DNA from: Epithemia pelagica | Lineage: Eukaryota; Protista; Bacillariophyta | Length of the DNA: 64,000 nucleotides | Reading direction: 5' to 3' | Assembly (NCBI GenBank): GCA_946965045.2 | Contig: OX337228.1 | Location: 5,518,001 to 5,582,000, forward strand | Shown here: positions 44,118 through 54,483 of the stretch, one piece after another | Position numbering within the stretch: position 1 is the stretch's first letter | How the letters are laid out: every line of letters begins with the position of its first letter | Position numbers and translations under genes: made by a program | Notes under the pieces: model-generated | Seen by the model: the letters and a program-made list of their open reading frames with translations, nothing else | Told to the model about the DNA's origin: nothing | Database searches by the model: none

Positions 44118-45026
44118 TTAGTTTGTCAGACGCTTGTCATAGAAGTCACGCAAGACCTGGATCGCTACAAACATGGCAACGGTGTGTCCTCCGCAACGAA
44201 TGTAGTAAGGCCAGAATCCATTGTAAAGAGCAAAGAAACCTTCGTCTGCAGTAACTTTCTGTAGCGTTTGGAGAATACCTTTGTAAGGCATCTCTTTGGT
44301 AACTGGATCTGGCTTCTGGCTTGCCATTCTGTTTTTGGATGCTTCTAGGGGCATGGTGGCCACTGAATAAATGAGCCCAGTTGTCATCGCACTCATAAAA
44401 ACATTAGGAATCGAATTCTTCTTCAGCGACCAATATTTGTCATAAATATCTTTGAATTGGTCAAGTGTTGCTACTTGAAAGATTCCGACCATCATAGCTC
44501 GAAAGACAAAAGGGTTGCTTCCTCGCCAAAAGGCAGTGGCACCTTCTTCTCGAATAATTCTGGACGTGGCGTCAATAACCCCTCGGTAGTTGCGTCTCTC
44601 AGCAGCTGGAAGCTGAGAATCATTGGCAATACGAACTACCACAACTTCCATTGGACAAGCAATGTAAGCTGCGATACCACCAGACAACACTCCGACCCCC
44701 ATACGACCAGGAAGGTCCGTCTTTCCGCGTATCTGATGGAGGTAATCTCGAAATACTTCAAACAAGCCAAATCGACTGGAAGCGTAAAATACTTGGCGCA
44801 GCACTCCCGCATATAATCCGTCGTACAAACCAACGACCCAATTTGGTTGTTTCATCATCTCTTTAAATGAAAACGTTTTGCCTTGCATCGACGCCAAATT
44901 CATGCGAACCGCCAGAGTGCTCGCAGGGTGAATGCATACCCATCCAATCATTCCACCCATTCCAGCAGTGGCGAATTTCAAAAGGGGCCCGTGCGTTGGA
45001 GAAGTTGCCACTGTGGTATTCGACAT
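44118..45026 (-). CDS. Mitochondrial carrier, 2-oxoglutarate/malate (dicarboxylate) carrier-like
   Basis: Three carrier repeats (HPAS..AVRM, CPME..VVR, MPLE..KNRM), with LRQVFYASSRFG and YYIRCGGHTV. Confidence 0.92.
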   Translation of the reverse strand: MSNTTVATSPTHGPLLKFATAGMGGMIGWVCIHPASTLAVRMNLASMQGKTFSFKEMMKQPNWVVGLYDGLYAGVLRQVFYASSRFGLFEVFRDYLHQIRGKTDLPGRMGVGVLSGGIAAYIACPMEVVVVRIANDSQLPAAERRNYRGVIDATSRIIREEGATAFWRGSNPFVFRAMMVGIFQVATLDQFKDIYDKYWSLKKNSIPNVFMSAMTTGLIYSVATMPLEASKNRMASQKPDPVTKEMPYKGILQTLQKVTADEGFFALYNGFWPYYIRCGGHTVAMFVAIQVLRDFYDKRLTN

Positions 45027-45470
45027 GGTTCACTGTCGTCAAGGACGGGATGATTGGTAATACAACTTTCAGGACGGAGCAGTAGCATTGGCGGCAAAGG
45101 CGCACATATGTCGAGCATAGATTGATGGTCGATAGCGATACCCGAAGTGCGTCATATAGGGATCGTCTGTCCATCTGTCGGTGACGGAGCTACCCTCCAA
45201 AAATAGCCCATACGGATAGTCAACAGAAATGTTTCGCACAATGATGGCGGTAACCAAATCACTATGGCTCTCCTTCAATTATCCTCTACTCTAGAAAAAG
45301 TACATGATACTATCTACGATTGGTCTACTTCGCTCAAGCCTCAACCACCAACGGCAAACACTCGCATGAACCTCAAAGCTCGTAGGGTAGGCAACAGAGC
45401 TCCACAATGGCGACCTTCATCCATACATCCGCGTTGTCCGAAACGTGTCTATGTAAGCCATTGATCTCAT

Positions 45471-46631
45471 TTATTCAAAGCACCCATCCATTCGATAATA
45501 ATCTAGTTGATTGTGCGAAGCAAAATATCCTTCGCTGGCTTCCATTTCATCCGCCAACAGTTCCGTCTCTTCCCAACATTGCTCCAAAATCCTCCTCTCA
45601 GGAGACGTGTCTTGATCTTGAGACTGTCGCAAAAGTTTTAGGGTCATTTCAGAGGATGGGCGACCGAAGAATACCTGGTGTCCCAAAGGTAGCCATGCAA
45701 AGCTAAAATACGATGTTCCAACCAGAATCAGCTGCCCCTCCATCCATTGAGCATTGCGGAAACCGGATGATGCCACTTGACCGAAACCATGAAAACGGGA
45801 GAGAAATCGGCTTCCCCATTGTTCTGCAGCTTCGTTGTTCAGCTCAATGGGTTCTAGCGGCAAGGAAGAATGAGTTGATCTCTCGATTCGCTCGAGTCCG
45901 GGTAGATCGATGAAGGGCTCCTCCACAGTATTGTCACGAAAGGGGCTCAGATCAACTTGAAATGAGACTTCACCCTTTGGAACATTTCCACCTCCAGTGA
46001 CTTTTGTGGCAACAAGCGTATCTCCATGGTACGTGCAATTGAGCATTTCAAATCCATGATCTCCGTACTTTCCTACCCACAAACCATCGAGATTGAACTG
46101 GGGTAAAGCGGACCGCGCATGTTGCGCTTCTTGTCGGTACCTCGAAGCCTCATCATGATATCCAGCCTGTTCAGCAGCCTGGGCACGTTTCAGTGCAACT
46201 TGATACATAAATTCCGCATCCATTTGTTGAGCACGTAATATAGTTTGCTCCAGTTCTCGTTTGCGAGACATGGGAGCCGTTTGTAATTCAGCACGGAGAT
46301 CCAACACCTGTTGCCGCAACTCCTGCAATTCGTCTCCCGTCAAAAAGCGTGTTTCGCGATCACGCTCCCGTTCGAGACGTCGTCTACGACGACGACTCAG
46401 TGGGTTGTGCTCCATACGACGCCTACGGCTCCCGTTTAGCCAGTCGTTCATTCCACCATCCCCAAAATTTTCGGAGGCATGGTGGGACGAATCTTCATTT
46501 GAAGATATTCTCTTTCCCCACAGACGCAATAGCAATCCATTGCGGTTTCGAGATGAGCCAAATCTCGTCGGAGACGGAGAGAGAAATGAGGCCACCGAGA
46601 CTATCAGCGTAAACAAAATCGGAGATCTCAT
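45471..46631 (-). CDS. Plastid DUF3506 (EXECUTER C-terminal / cyclin-D1-binding-like) protein, copy A
   Basis: Motifs: LPQFNLDGLWVGKYGDHGFEM, LVATKVTG..NVPKGEVSF, GQVA..GF.N.QWMEG. Signal cleavage at VAS-FLS. Confidence 0.82.
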   Translation of the reverse strand: MRSPILFTLIVSVASFLSPSPTRFGSSRNRNGLLLRLWGKRISSNEDSSHHASENFGDGGMNDWLNGSRRRRMEHNPLSRRRRRRLERERDRETRFLTGDELQELRQQVLDLRAELQTAPMSRKRELEQTILRAQQMDAEFMYQVALKRAQAAEQAGYHDEASRYRQEAQHARSALPQFNLDGLWVGKYGDHGFEMLNCTYHGDTLVATKVTGGGNVPKGEVSFQVDLSPFRDNTVEEPFIDLPGLERIERSTHSSLPLEPIELNNEAAEQWGSRFLSRFHGFGQVASSGFRNAQWMEGQLILVGTSYFSFAWLPLGHQVFFGRPSSEMTLKLLRQSQDQDTSPERRILEQCWEETELLADEMEASEGYFASHNQLDYYRMDGCFE

Positions 46632-47770
46632 TGCGCACACCCGACAGCCAACAGTGGGAGGAGTATTATACGAGCAAAGGGCAACTTTGGATCAAATGCA
46701 AAGTGAATTGCGAGATTGAGGCGCTACGTGGTTCTATTTCACAGCATCCCATTCACGTGATAGTATTGCTTTCGGTACATACAATCCGATGCGGATTGTT
46801 TGAGACCGATGAAGTTCAAATTCTTTGTATAAACAAGACCCACTTCTTGGTGAAGCTTTGGTGAGTGAGGTGTTGAGGTTGTCTGGTGTTGCTGGATGGC
46901 GTGGAACGTGGAGTGAATATGGGCTCTCGCCGTTGGTCCAATACCGCCATGGATGACGCGAGACAGCCCCATACCGACACTGACAGACGTGGCTTTAAAA
47001 TTTCAAAAGAACCAAATCAGTTCGCATTTTGAGTTGGCCACTTGCCACGCGAGCAACGCCAAATCTGATGTTGTGATTGGTCCGACGGAAAGACATTCTC
47101 ACTCGCGATACAAGGGACCATTCACAAAATGAGAATAACTTCGCAAAAGTGCTTGTTCCGTAGGGTTTAGTCATGGTTGACGACTAGATAGAGAGATTTT
47201 GTCACGCGCATTGTGCTACTTAGACTAAAAATCTACTCGCCAAAAAAGAGACGGAGATGAAAGATCTTAGATCTACCTCATTTTTCGGATCCTCCCTTTG
47301 AACATTCCGAAGACACGGACTACAATCAATCATGACCATAAACCTTTTGATAGTGTACTTAGGTGGAAGGAGCATCTGCTTCCCCTGAGCGAATCGCAGC
47401 TGAAGTCATCGAAATCATCCTGATGTCATAAAAAGCGGTACCCCTGTTCTTCTGGTCTTCTTCTTTGTCCAAAACGTCATTCATCACGCCACTTCACCTT
47501 CATGCAATTCAATGTTCTAACATCCTCATCTCTTCCCACGCAATACGACGAGAGCCCACGTTTTCTTGTCGATTTGACACATTCCAATCTACCTACCTAG
47601 GAGTACCACCATTGATCAAAATCTCATCGGAACCATATCATATTTCATTCCTTTGGACGACAAAGTTCAAGTGCTCGTTCTACTCGCATCGACGATTACC
47701 TTCTCCTCGTTGCCTCATCTGGATTCAACCAGAATAACCACAACTCGGAACCTTTCAAGTCTGCTTCAAA

Positions 47771-49009
47771 ATGATGTCTCCTTCATTACGGTCATCTACC
47801 TTCACCACTGTCTGTCTAACGCTTCTCGTTACGTCTTTCTGGATACCATCGAGTGTACTGAGAGTCAGTGCATTTACTTCTACGAGCAAGACCGCATGGG
47901 GGACAAGCCAAGTGAGACTGTTCTCTTCATCGCTGGCAGACGGTGATGATATGCGATCATCCTCCGACAGAACTATGGATGAACGTCGAATGAGAGAGTT
48001 TGTGAACTTGGAACCTTTGGATCAACCGGATGTTCGTAAACGTCGGCTTGAACAAAATGACCGAGTGCGATCGCAGTTTGTGTCGTTCGGGGACCCTCTG
48101 TGGGATTTGCGAGTCGAGATGGACGAACTTTGCGTCAAGTTGTTCAACGCAATTTCCAACGGACATGAGATGAAAGAAGAAGAGGCGAGAGAAGAGCTGC
48201 GACAAGTTGAACGGAAAGACCCTGAGCTTGTGTACATGCTTGAACTTGCAAGTGTTGACACAGCCATTCGGGAAGGACGACACGAAGATGCCCGGAAACA
48301 CAGCGACCGAGCCGCCGAAGCTCGTTCATGCCTACCACAGTTCAACCTGGAAGGACTTTGGGTAGGAAAGTATGGACCTCATGGATACGAACTCATCAAC
48401 GTTACGTACGTTGGTGATACGATGATCGCAACAAAGGTCACCGGAGACCAAAATGTACCCCGAGGAGAAATCACCTTCCAGGCAAACCTCAACCCGTTGC
48501 AGTATCTCAATCGAGCGTCCCAAACCAGCATCTCAAGTGATGCCCGGACAAAGACCCAGATGCAGTCTTTGCAGCCAATTGAGCTTACAGACAAGGCGGC
48601 TCAAAAGTGGGGAACTCGTCAGCTCCCACGATACGTTGGTCTTGGCCAAGTGGCCGAAGAAGGCTTTGTCAACAACCAATGGATGGACGGCCAACTAATT
48701 ATCATCGGAGAAGATTACTTCAGCTTCGCCTGGACGCCCATTCAACAACAAATATTCTTTGGCAGGCCGTCGCCTGAACTTGCTCTCCGAATGCTGCGTG
48801 AAAGTGGTGTTTCGCCCTTGAGATCCGCCAAAGCCTGGTCTGCGCCGCCTTCGGTGGACGACGATATCCAGACACAAATGGATTTTGTAACCAGATGCTT
48901 TGAAAGAACAGACGAGGTTCTGGAGGACCGAAATGAAGAATCTGGTTCGAAGCACGACGGATATGGTTGTATCTTTATGGACGATTCAGAAGAATGCTAC
49001 TTTGAATAG
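47771..49009 (+). CDS. Plastid DUF3506 (EXECUTER C-terminal-like) protein, copy B
   Basis: Motifs: LPQFNLEGLWVGKYGPHGYEL, IATKVTGDQNVPRGEITF, GQVAEEGFVNNQWMDG. Signal cleavage at VSA-FTS. Confidence 0.82.
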   Translation: MMSPSLRSSTFTTVCLTLLVTSFWIPSSVLRVSAFTSTSKTAWGTSQVRLFSSSLADGDDMRSSSDRTMDERRMREFVNLEPLDQPDVRKRRLEQNDRVRSQFVSFGDPLWDLRVEMDELCVKLFNAISNGHEMKEEEAREELRQVERKDPELVYMLELASVDTAIREGRHEDARKHSDRAAEARSCLPQFNLEGLWVGKYGPHGYELINVTYVGDTMIATKVTGDQNVPRGEITFQANLNPLQYLNRASQTSISSDARTKTQMQSLQPIELTDKAAQKWGTRQLPRYVGLGQVAEEGFVNNQWMDGQLIIIGEDYFSFAWTPIQQQIFFGRPSPELALRMLRESGVSPLRSAKAWSAPPSVDDDIQTQMDFVTRCFERTDEVLEDRNEESGSKHDGYGCIFMDDSEECYFE

Positions 49010-49255
49010 GCGCCATACACCACACGACTGTGAGATGGACTCACATCTTCGTGTGGATCAAGTTTCATGCATAGACCCTGGGATGAAGGAAGACACCATT
49101 CTATCCTGGATGACCCTGAATAGAACCGAAATGACGGAGATTTGACTCGTTAACTTCAAAATAATGTGACTTTAATGCTAAATGGCGCCTTGTTTTATTG
49201 CCAGAGATGAAGGAATGATAACGTTGTGCTATGTCCCTAGGAGACAACGGCGCTG

Positions 49256-51520
49256 TCATTGTTTCTTACTAGCTTCGAGGCGCTTCCCGTGACTCTCTCT
49301 CTTCTTGAGGAGTTTCTTTGTTTGATTCTTGGATAATTCTGTTCCGTCTGCATCATGTGTGGGGAAGCCGTCGTCTGAGAAGGCCGAAAACATTCCCTCA
49401 TAATGACCTACGCGAAAGTAATCTTGCAATGATGGCATTTCAGATCTCGTCTTTACTGTACGTGACGAGGGAGGTTCCGACCCATCTTCTACAGCGTCTT
49501 GTGTGTTGGATACTGGTATGCAATAATTCCAAAATGACGACAAACTGTTATCGGTATCAGCGGTCCCGGTCGATGTATGTGCATGTTTCCCGTCGTGAAG
49601 CTGAACACCCATCGCAGGAAACGTTGATTCGCGAGCTTCATCGCACAAACGAAGTATCTCTGCTTTAAGGGATCGAATATCATCCTCGCCTTTGGTTGAA
49701 AGTGCCGCATCTCGAACTGACTTCCTAAAACGAACAATCTCATTCAAAAGACCCCTTTCTCCCCCAACAACTTTGCTTGATGCATCCGAAGCTTTGTTTT
49801 GCGCATCAGAATCTAGTCCGGTGCGACAAGTTACTTCCGAGAATCCAACCAAATCTAAGAGGTATCGCACATTCTGTAAAACATGAATAAGAACTTCATC
49901 AGGAACTGCCTGATCTCGTGTATTCCGTATATACGAGAAAGCATGGTCGGTCAACTGAAAAAGTTCCTTGACAAAGAGAGCCCCATCCAAATCATCATAC
50001 AATGCCCGAAGACAAGCTTGTCTACGTTGGGCAGTGAACCTGAAAATGTCCATATCACTTTCATTCCAAGTTTTGCAAGCAGCTCTCGTATTACCCTTTG
50101 ATTCATTTCTTGAAGAGTTCCTAGCATGTCGAAGTCTCTCTTCTCCCTCCTCCAAAAGTTTGCATATCTTTTCACCTCGCAGTTTTCTCGCTTCGGCAAT
50201 GTCAGTCTTTGAGTATGTGGTCGGTCCACGATAAGACCCTGACATTAAACACCAAAGCCGAAAATCATCGGCAGGGCAAGACCATGGACCAGCACTGCAG
50301 TCTCCGGAGGAGGAGTTACTCCTATCTTGTGCTAATAGCTCAGAAAGAGAAATAAAATTCTTGAGAGACTTGGACATTTTCATTCCATCAATGTGCAAAT
50401 GACCAGTGTGAATCCAGTGGGGTATCCATTCTCGTTGTTTCGTTTTATCCTCTTCTCGGTCTTGATGTTGTAATGCATATGCCTCCGCCTGAGCGATTTC
50501 ATTAGTATGATGAGGAAACTGGAGATCGATACCACCAGCATGAACCAAAAATTTGTATTGATCGTGGAACATGTCTTGCACTGATTGGATCATAGCGGAA
50601 CACTCTATGTGCCATCCAGGACGGCCGTCGCCCCATGGACTTGACCAGTACATTGTTTCCCCATCTTTCCTCAATTTCCATAGGCAGAAATCTCTTGGAT
50701 CTTTCTTGCGAGTGACGTCCTTACTGTCGCTTGAAGCGTCCAAGCTTTGAGGATGATTGTCAAATAAGTCCGTGGCTTGCGACGATGGCGCCAGTTTTCC
50801 GTAACGAAGTCGAAGAACTTGGCCGACATGTTCAAATGCACGTACATCAAAGTAGAGACCGTCTCCTTCTATAAAATAGGAAACACCGTTGTCGTGTATT
50901 CTCTGAATGTAGGGCACAATTGCCGATTGGACATGTTCCGTGACTCTCGTGACCACGTGAGGACGTAAACAGTTCAGTTCGTCCCACTGGCTAAAGAATT
51001 CCGCTTCAAAGCCACGAGCAAGCTCGAGGGCAGGCTCTTGACGATCTGATGCAGCTGCTAGAATCTTGTCGTCCACATCTGTTATGTTAAGGACAAACAA
51101 CGGAGGAGGGATAAACTCACGACCACCTTCTGTAGTCTCCAGACGGCGATACTCATGTTCCACAACGCGGCGCAAGATATCCATCCAAACATAGGTTCGA
51201 GCGTGTCCCAAATGAGCAGGTGCATACACAGTAGGTCCACAGGTATACCATGCTAAACCCTTTCTGGTTGTGCTTGCGACGTCATCTCCGCTGAACAGTT
51301 GAAGGGGCTCGACTCGTTGCGTCAGTGAATTGAACAGTTGCAAACCGAGGCCTTTTCTCGGTGCGCTTGACGAGTTGCTCTCTGTGAGACTCGAATTTGG
51401 TGCAGCTACGGATTCTGGATTGGACGACGCAACTGACGAGGTTCTCCTCAATAGACACAGTAGACTTCCATTCTGAAAGGACAAGGCCTTGGAGGAACTT
51501 ATTCGTCGCATCAAGACCAT
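49256..51520 (-). CDS. CARS2: Organelle-targeted cysteinyl-tRNA synthetase
   Basis: Motifs: WYTCGPTVY, HLGH, GRPGWHIECS, GGIDLQFPHHTNE, KMSKS. The N-terminus is Arg/Ser-rich and looks like a mitochondrial presequence. Confidence 0.93.
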   Translation of the reverse strand: MVLMRRISSSKALSFQNGSLLCLLRRTSSVASSNPESVAAPNSSLTESNSSSAPRKGLGLQLFNSLTQRVEPLQLFSGDDVASTTRKGLAWYTCGPTVYAPAHLGHARTYVWMDILRRVVEHEYRRLETTEGGREFIPPPLFVLNITDVDDKILAAASDRQEPALELARGFEAEFFSQWDELNCLRPHVVTRVTEHVQSAIVPYIQRIHDNGVSYFIEGDGLYFDVRAFEHVGQVLRLRYGKLAPSSQATDLFDNHPQSLDASSDSKDVTRKKDPRDFCLWKLRKDGETMYWSSPWGDGRPGWHIECSAMIQSVQDMFHDQYKFLVHAGGIDLQFPHHTNEIAQAEAYALQHQDREEDKTKQREWIPHWIHTGHLHIDGMKMSKSLKNFISLSELLAQDRSNSSSGDCSAGPWSCPADDFRLWCLMSGSYRGPTTYSKTDIAEARKLRGEKICKLLEEGEERLRHARNSSRNESKGNTRAACKTWNESDMDIFRFTAQRRQACLRALYDDLDGALFVKELFQLTDHAFSYIRNTRDQAVPDEVLIHVLQNVRYLLDLVGFSEVTCRTGLDSDAQNKASDASSKVVGGERGLLNEIVRFRKSVRDAALSTKGEDDIRSLKAEILRLCDEARESTFPAMGVQLHDGKHAHTSTGTADTDNSLSSFWNYCIPVSNTQDAVEDGSEPPSSRTVKTRSEMPSLQDYFRVGHYEGMFSAFSDDGFPTHDADGTELSKNQTKKLLKKRESHGKRLEASKKQ

Positions 51521-51857
51521 GGGAATAGCCTTATGGCATTTGGGATGCGCGACATTGTGCAGTCTGAACCCCAGTACCAGTCCACATGCAAATCCAGGAG
51601 TAAAAGATACGACATGCGCGAACTACCTCTCTAGGTTGACCCAAACAATTTTCTTCTGTCCTCAACACCCTGCCTCAATAATGATGGTGTACACATGAAA
51701 AGGCCGTCTAACTCCGAGACGAAAGATTGGTATCTCGTTTGGTTGTTGATAAATGAAACATACTATAGACAAGTAAACGTTTAGAAGCGCAGCTCATAGG
51801 CGCAGTCCTCTGCGTAAGAAAATCATTGTCGGTCGCTGAAACGCTGTCACTTCATCG

Positions 51858-52712
51858 CTAGGCATCTATCAAATCCCTTTCCCTTCCCATCATCGCGATT
51901 CTTTTTATGTGATCATGATTCATGTAGTCATCGTCATCATCGACGTACGTACCCGCTTTCTGCGACGTCTCTTTTCGGCTGTAAAGGCCTTGAATGTATT
52001 TTCGCTTGACATACCAGTATCCGCTAACAGCCATGACAATGAGACACAACAAAACACCCAAGGTGATGATGAATGTGTGGACCGTGGTCGAGACAGACCG
52101 TCGGAATCTGCTAGACCAACTTGTCAAAGAACCATTTTCACAACTGTTTGTGTTTGCTCCACCGAGATTGTAATTATACGACCCTTGTCGATTCGCTAGA
52201 CCAACAACCATGTGGGGTCGAAACGTGTAGGTATATTCATCATTTTTTTCTCCCCAATCGAACTTCTGACTCACTTGATATCGTCCTGGCTCTGGACAGT
52301 CTACGCCATCTACGGACCATAGACCATCCAAGCTACAAAGGTTTTCGCTATCCAAAGCTCGTACATCCTCGACGGTACCGTATCCTTCCACGTCAACCGT
52401 AATGTATGGGACAGTACCATCTGGTAGCTCGTCGGGGATGTACACTTCTATCTCGTAGGTTGCTCGGTCTCCAGCCTGGCAGGTGACGGCATTTCGGTAA
52501 GAACTGCTTCCGTAGTAGTATTGACCAGGCGTGCTGCAAACGATCTTCATTTCATTTACTTCAATTTTCGCATTCACGCACGATGAAAACTGTTTGTAGT
52601 AGCCGTCGCTGTCACTGCCACCGCTGTCTTCGCTCAGAACCAACTTGGTTGAGAGCAGACACAGAAGAAAAGTCCTTGTCGTAAATCTCAAGGCACCATA
52701 GGGACCAAACAT
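51858..52712 (-). CDS. Type I membrane protein with Cys-rich beta-type ectodomain, copy A
   Basis: Signal peptide, CSTPGQYYYGSSSYRNAVTC, YNLGGAN, and a TM helix before a cytosolic tail. Confidence 0.78.
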   Translation of the reverse strand: MFGPYGALRFTTRTFLLCLLSTKLVLSEDSGGSDSDGYYKQFSSCVNAKIEVNEMKIVCSTPGQYYYGSSSYRNAVTCQAGDRATYEIEVYIPDELPDGTVPYITVDVEGYGTVEDVRALDSENLCSLDGLWSVDGVDCPEPGRYQVSQKFDWGEKNDEYTYTFRPHMVVGLANRQGSYNYNLGGANTNSCENGSLTSWSSRFRRSVSTTVHTFIITLGVLLCLIVMAVSGYWYVKRKYIQGLYSRKETSQKAGTYVDDDDDYMNHDHIKRIAMMGRERDLIDA

Positions 52713-53553
52713 GGTATCCGAAGAAAGGTTTCGTTCTGGCACGGCCATTGTTTGTTCAAGCACGTTGAGATGTTCTTTAGATGCCCTGTGCGAGACACTA
52801 AAAATGGAGATTTGTGAGGGACTTTTTAGCGAGCGACGACTGGCGATCTTCTACTCCGTAGATAGAGAGGGCTGTCGAGGGAAAATGCTGGCTCGCTTTG
52901 GCAAGCTTTCACACAATAATTAAATGACAGTTCATCGGAACAGATCCAAGATCCAAAATGGACAGAGGGATTAAGTAGACACGTGCTATCATCTCCAATG
53001 ATGAACGAGAGACAGAAAGTGCGACAGAAATCAGATTTCATGATTTTGTCGCTGATGTTGTTAACCAAAAGGATCTCGGATGTCCTATCCATGTCTTTCC
53101 ACACGCACGTAAGATCTTTCCTTTATATGTCCGGAATACGATCGGCCGGCGATTTGTTCGTCTCCGCGTTCCGCTTCTTTGCTCGTTATGCCGTCCCATC
53201 TTTTCTGGAAGCGCAATATTGTAGCATCAGATCGAAGAGAAGTGGTGTCAGTCTCAAGGATAGGACTGTCTGTACTCCTTGAAGAAGTCCTTGAGATCAA
53301 ACAACATAGCCCAAATCATATCAGTTTTGGTCTCATCTCTCAAGCAATTGATAGGCACCCGAAGACCTTCCACTGCTGAGATACATCATCTCGCAGACGT
53401 CTCTGTGGTGTCTTCTCATTCTGAACGGCGCCAAGTCCTTCTACATCGTGGAGGAGACGTTGGTGTGGTATTCTGCACTGCTTGGGAACGCTCGGAGCTG
53501 CGGTATCCGAGTGAAATAACTCTTTTCTCCCTTCAGAAAATTCAGCAATACGC

Positions 53554-54483
53554 ATGATGGTCTCCGATGTACTGAGAAGAATAAAACGAGCATATCTCTT
53601 CATTGCAACATTTTTGTTATTTGCACGAGCAAGTGTTCATAGAACCGTTGCAACGAACGATTACAACGGAAACAATGATGGATATCAAAGCTGCCCATCA
53701 CCAATATCATCGTGTTCCAGCTCAGTGGTTCAAGTCTACGACATTAGCTGGGTTTGTAACAGTCGCTACACCTATCGTTGGGGAAATGGAGCACATGTCA
53801 ACTCGATTTTATGTGCAAACCAGGATTATGCTACGTTCTCGGTGAGCTTTTATGTGGTGGACACAATCACAGAAGTTAGTGATATATATGTTTCAATGGC
53901 TATCCAGGACTACAAAACTCGCAACATAATACAGTCGAGAGCACCTTGTTATTTGTGCAATATGGTTGGAACTTCTTGCACTGGAAAGGGGGACTACACG
54001 TTTTCCATGGACTTCAGAATCGTAAACAATGGCGACTCTTCAAGCTCAGACGATTTTTGTCCAGTTCTTATCATGGCATTCTCTACGGAGGAAGATTCTG
54101 GGTACAATCTCGGTGCGGTTAATATGGAGTGCGAAGAGTGGGATAATGCCCTGGCAACCTGGACTGAAACGCACACAGTAACTCCACGTGATTGGCTGCG
54201 CAACTACGGCATGATTTTGGCTACGGGTATTTGCCTCATTATATTTTCAGGATTTGTGTGGCAACAAGCTCGAAGAGCTGCAACCTTCAGATCCTGTGTC
54301 GATCCATGTATAATGGAACTGGATGACTATTATAGTTACCGGTATCCTCCACAACGAGCGCCATCTGCTCCGACAACAATATCAACTCAAGAACGAGTCA
54401 GTTCCAACGGCCTCCCTCTTCATCAACCTGCGCCAGGCTCACAAGTACTTCAAAAATACAGTGCACCAGTTCGCCCCGCATGA
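53554..54483 (+). CDS. Type I membrane protein with Cys-rich ectodomain, copy B (divergent paralog)
   Basis: Signal peptide, CNSRYTYRWGNGAHVNSILC, YNLGAVN, and a TM helix. Confidence 0.78.
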   Translation: MMVSDVLRRIKRAYLFIATFLLFARASVHRTVATNDYNGNNDGYQSCPSPISSCSSSVVQVYDISWVCNSRYTYRWGNGAHVNSILCANQDYATFSVSFYVVDTITEVSDIYVSMAIQDYKTRNIIQSRAPCYLCNMVGTSCTGKGDYTFSMDFRIVNNGDSSSSDDFCPVLIMAFSTEEDSGYNLGAVNMECEEWDNALATWTETHTVTPRDWLRNYGMILATGICLIIFSGFVWQQARRAATFRSCVDPCIMELDDYYSYRYPPQRAPSAPTTISTQERVSSNGLPLHQPAPGSQVLQKYSAPVRPA

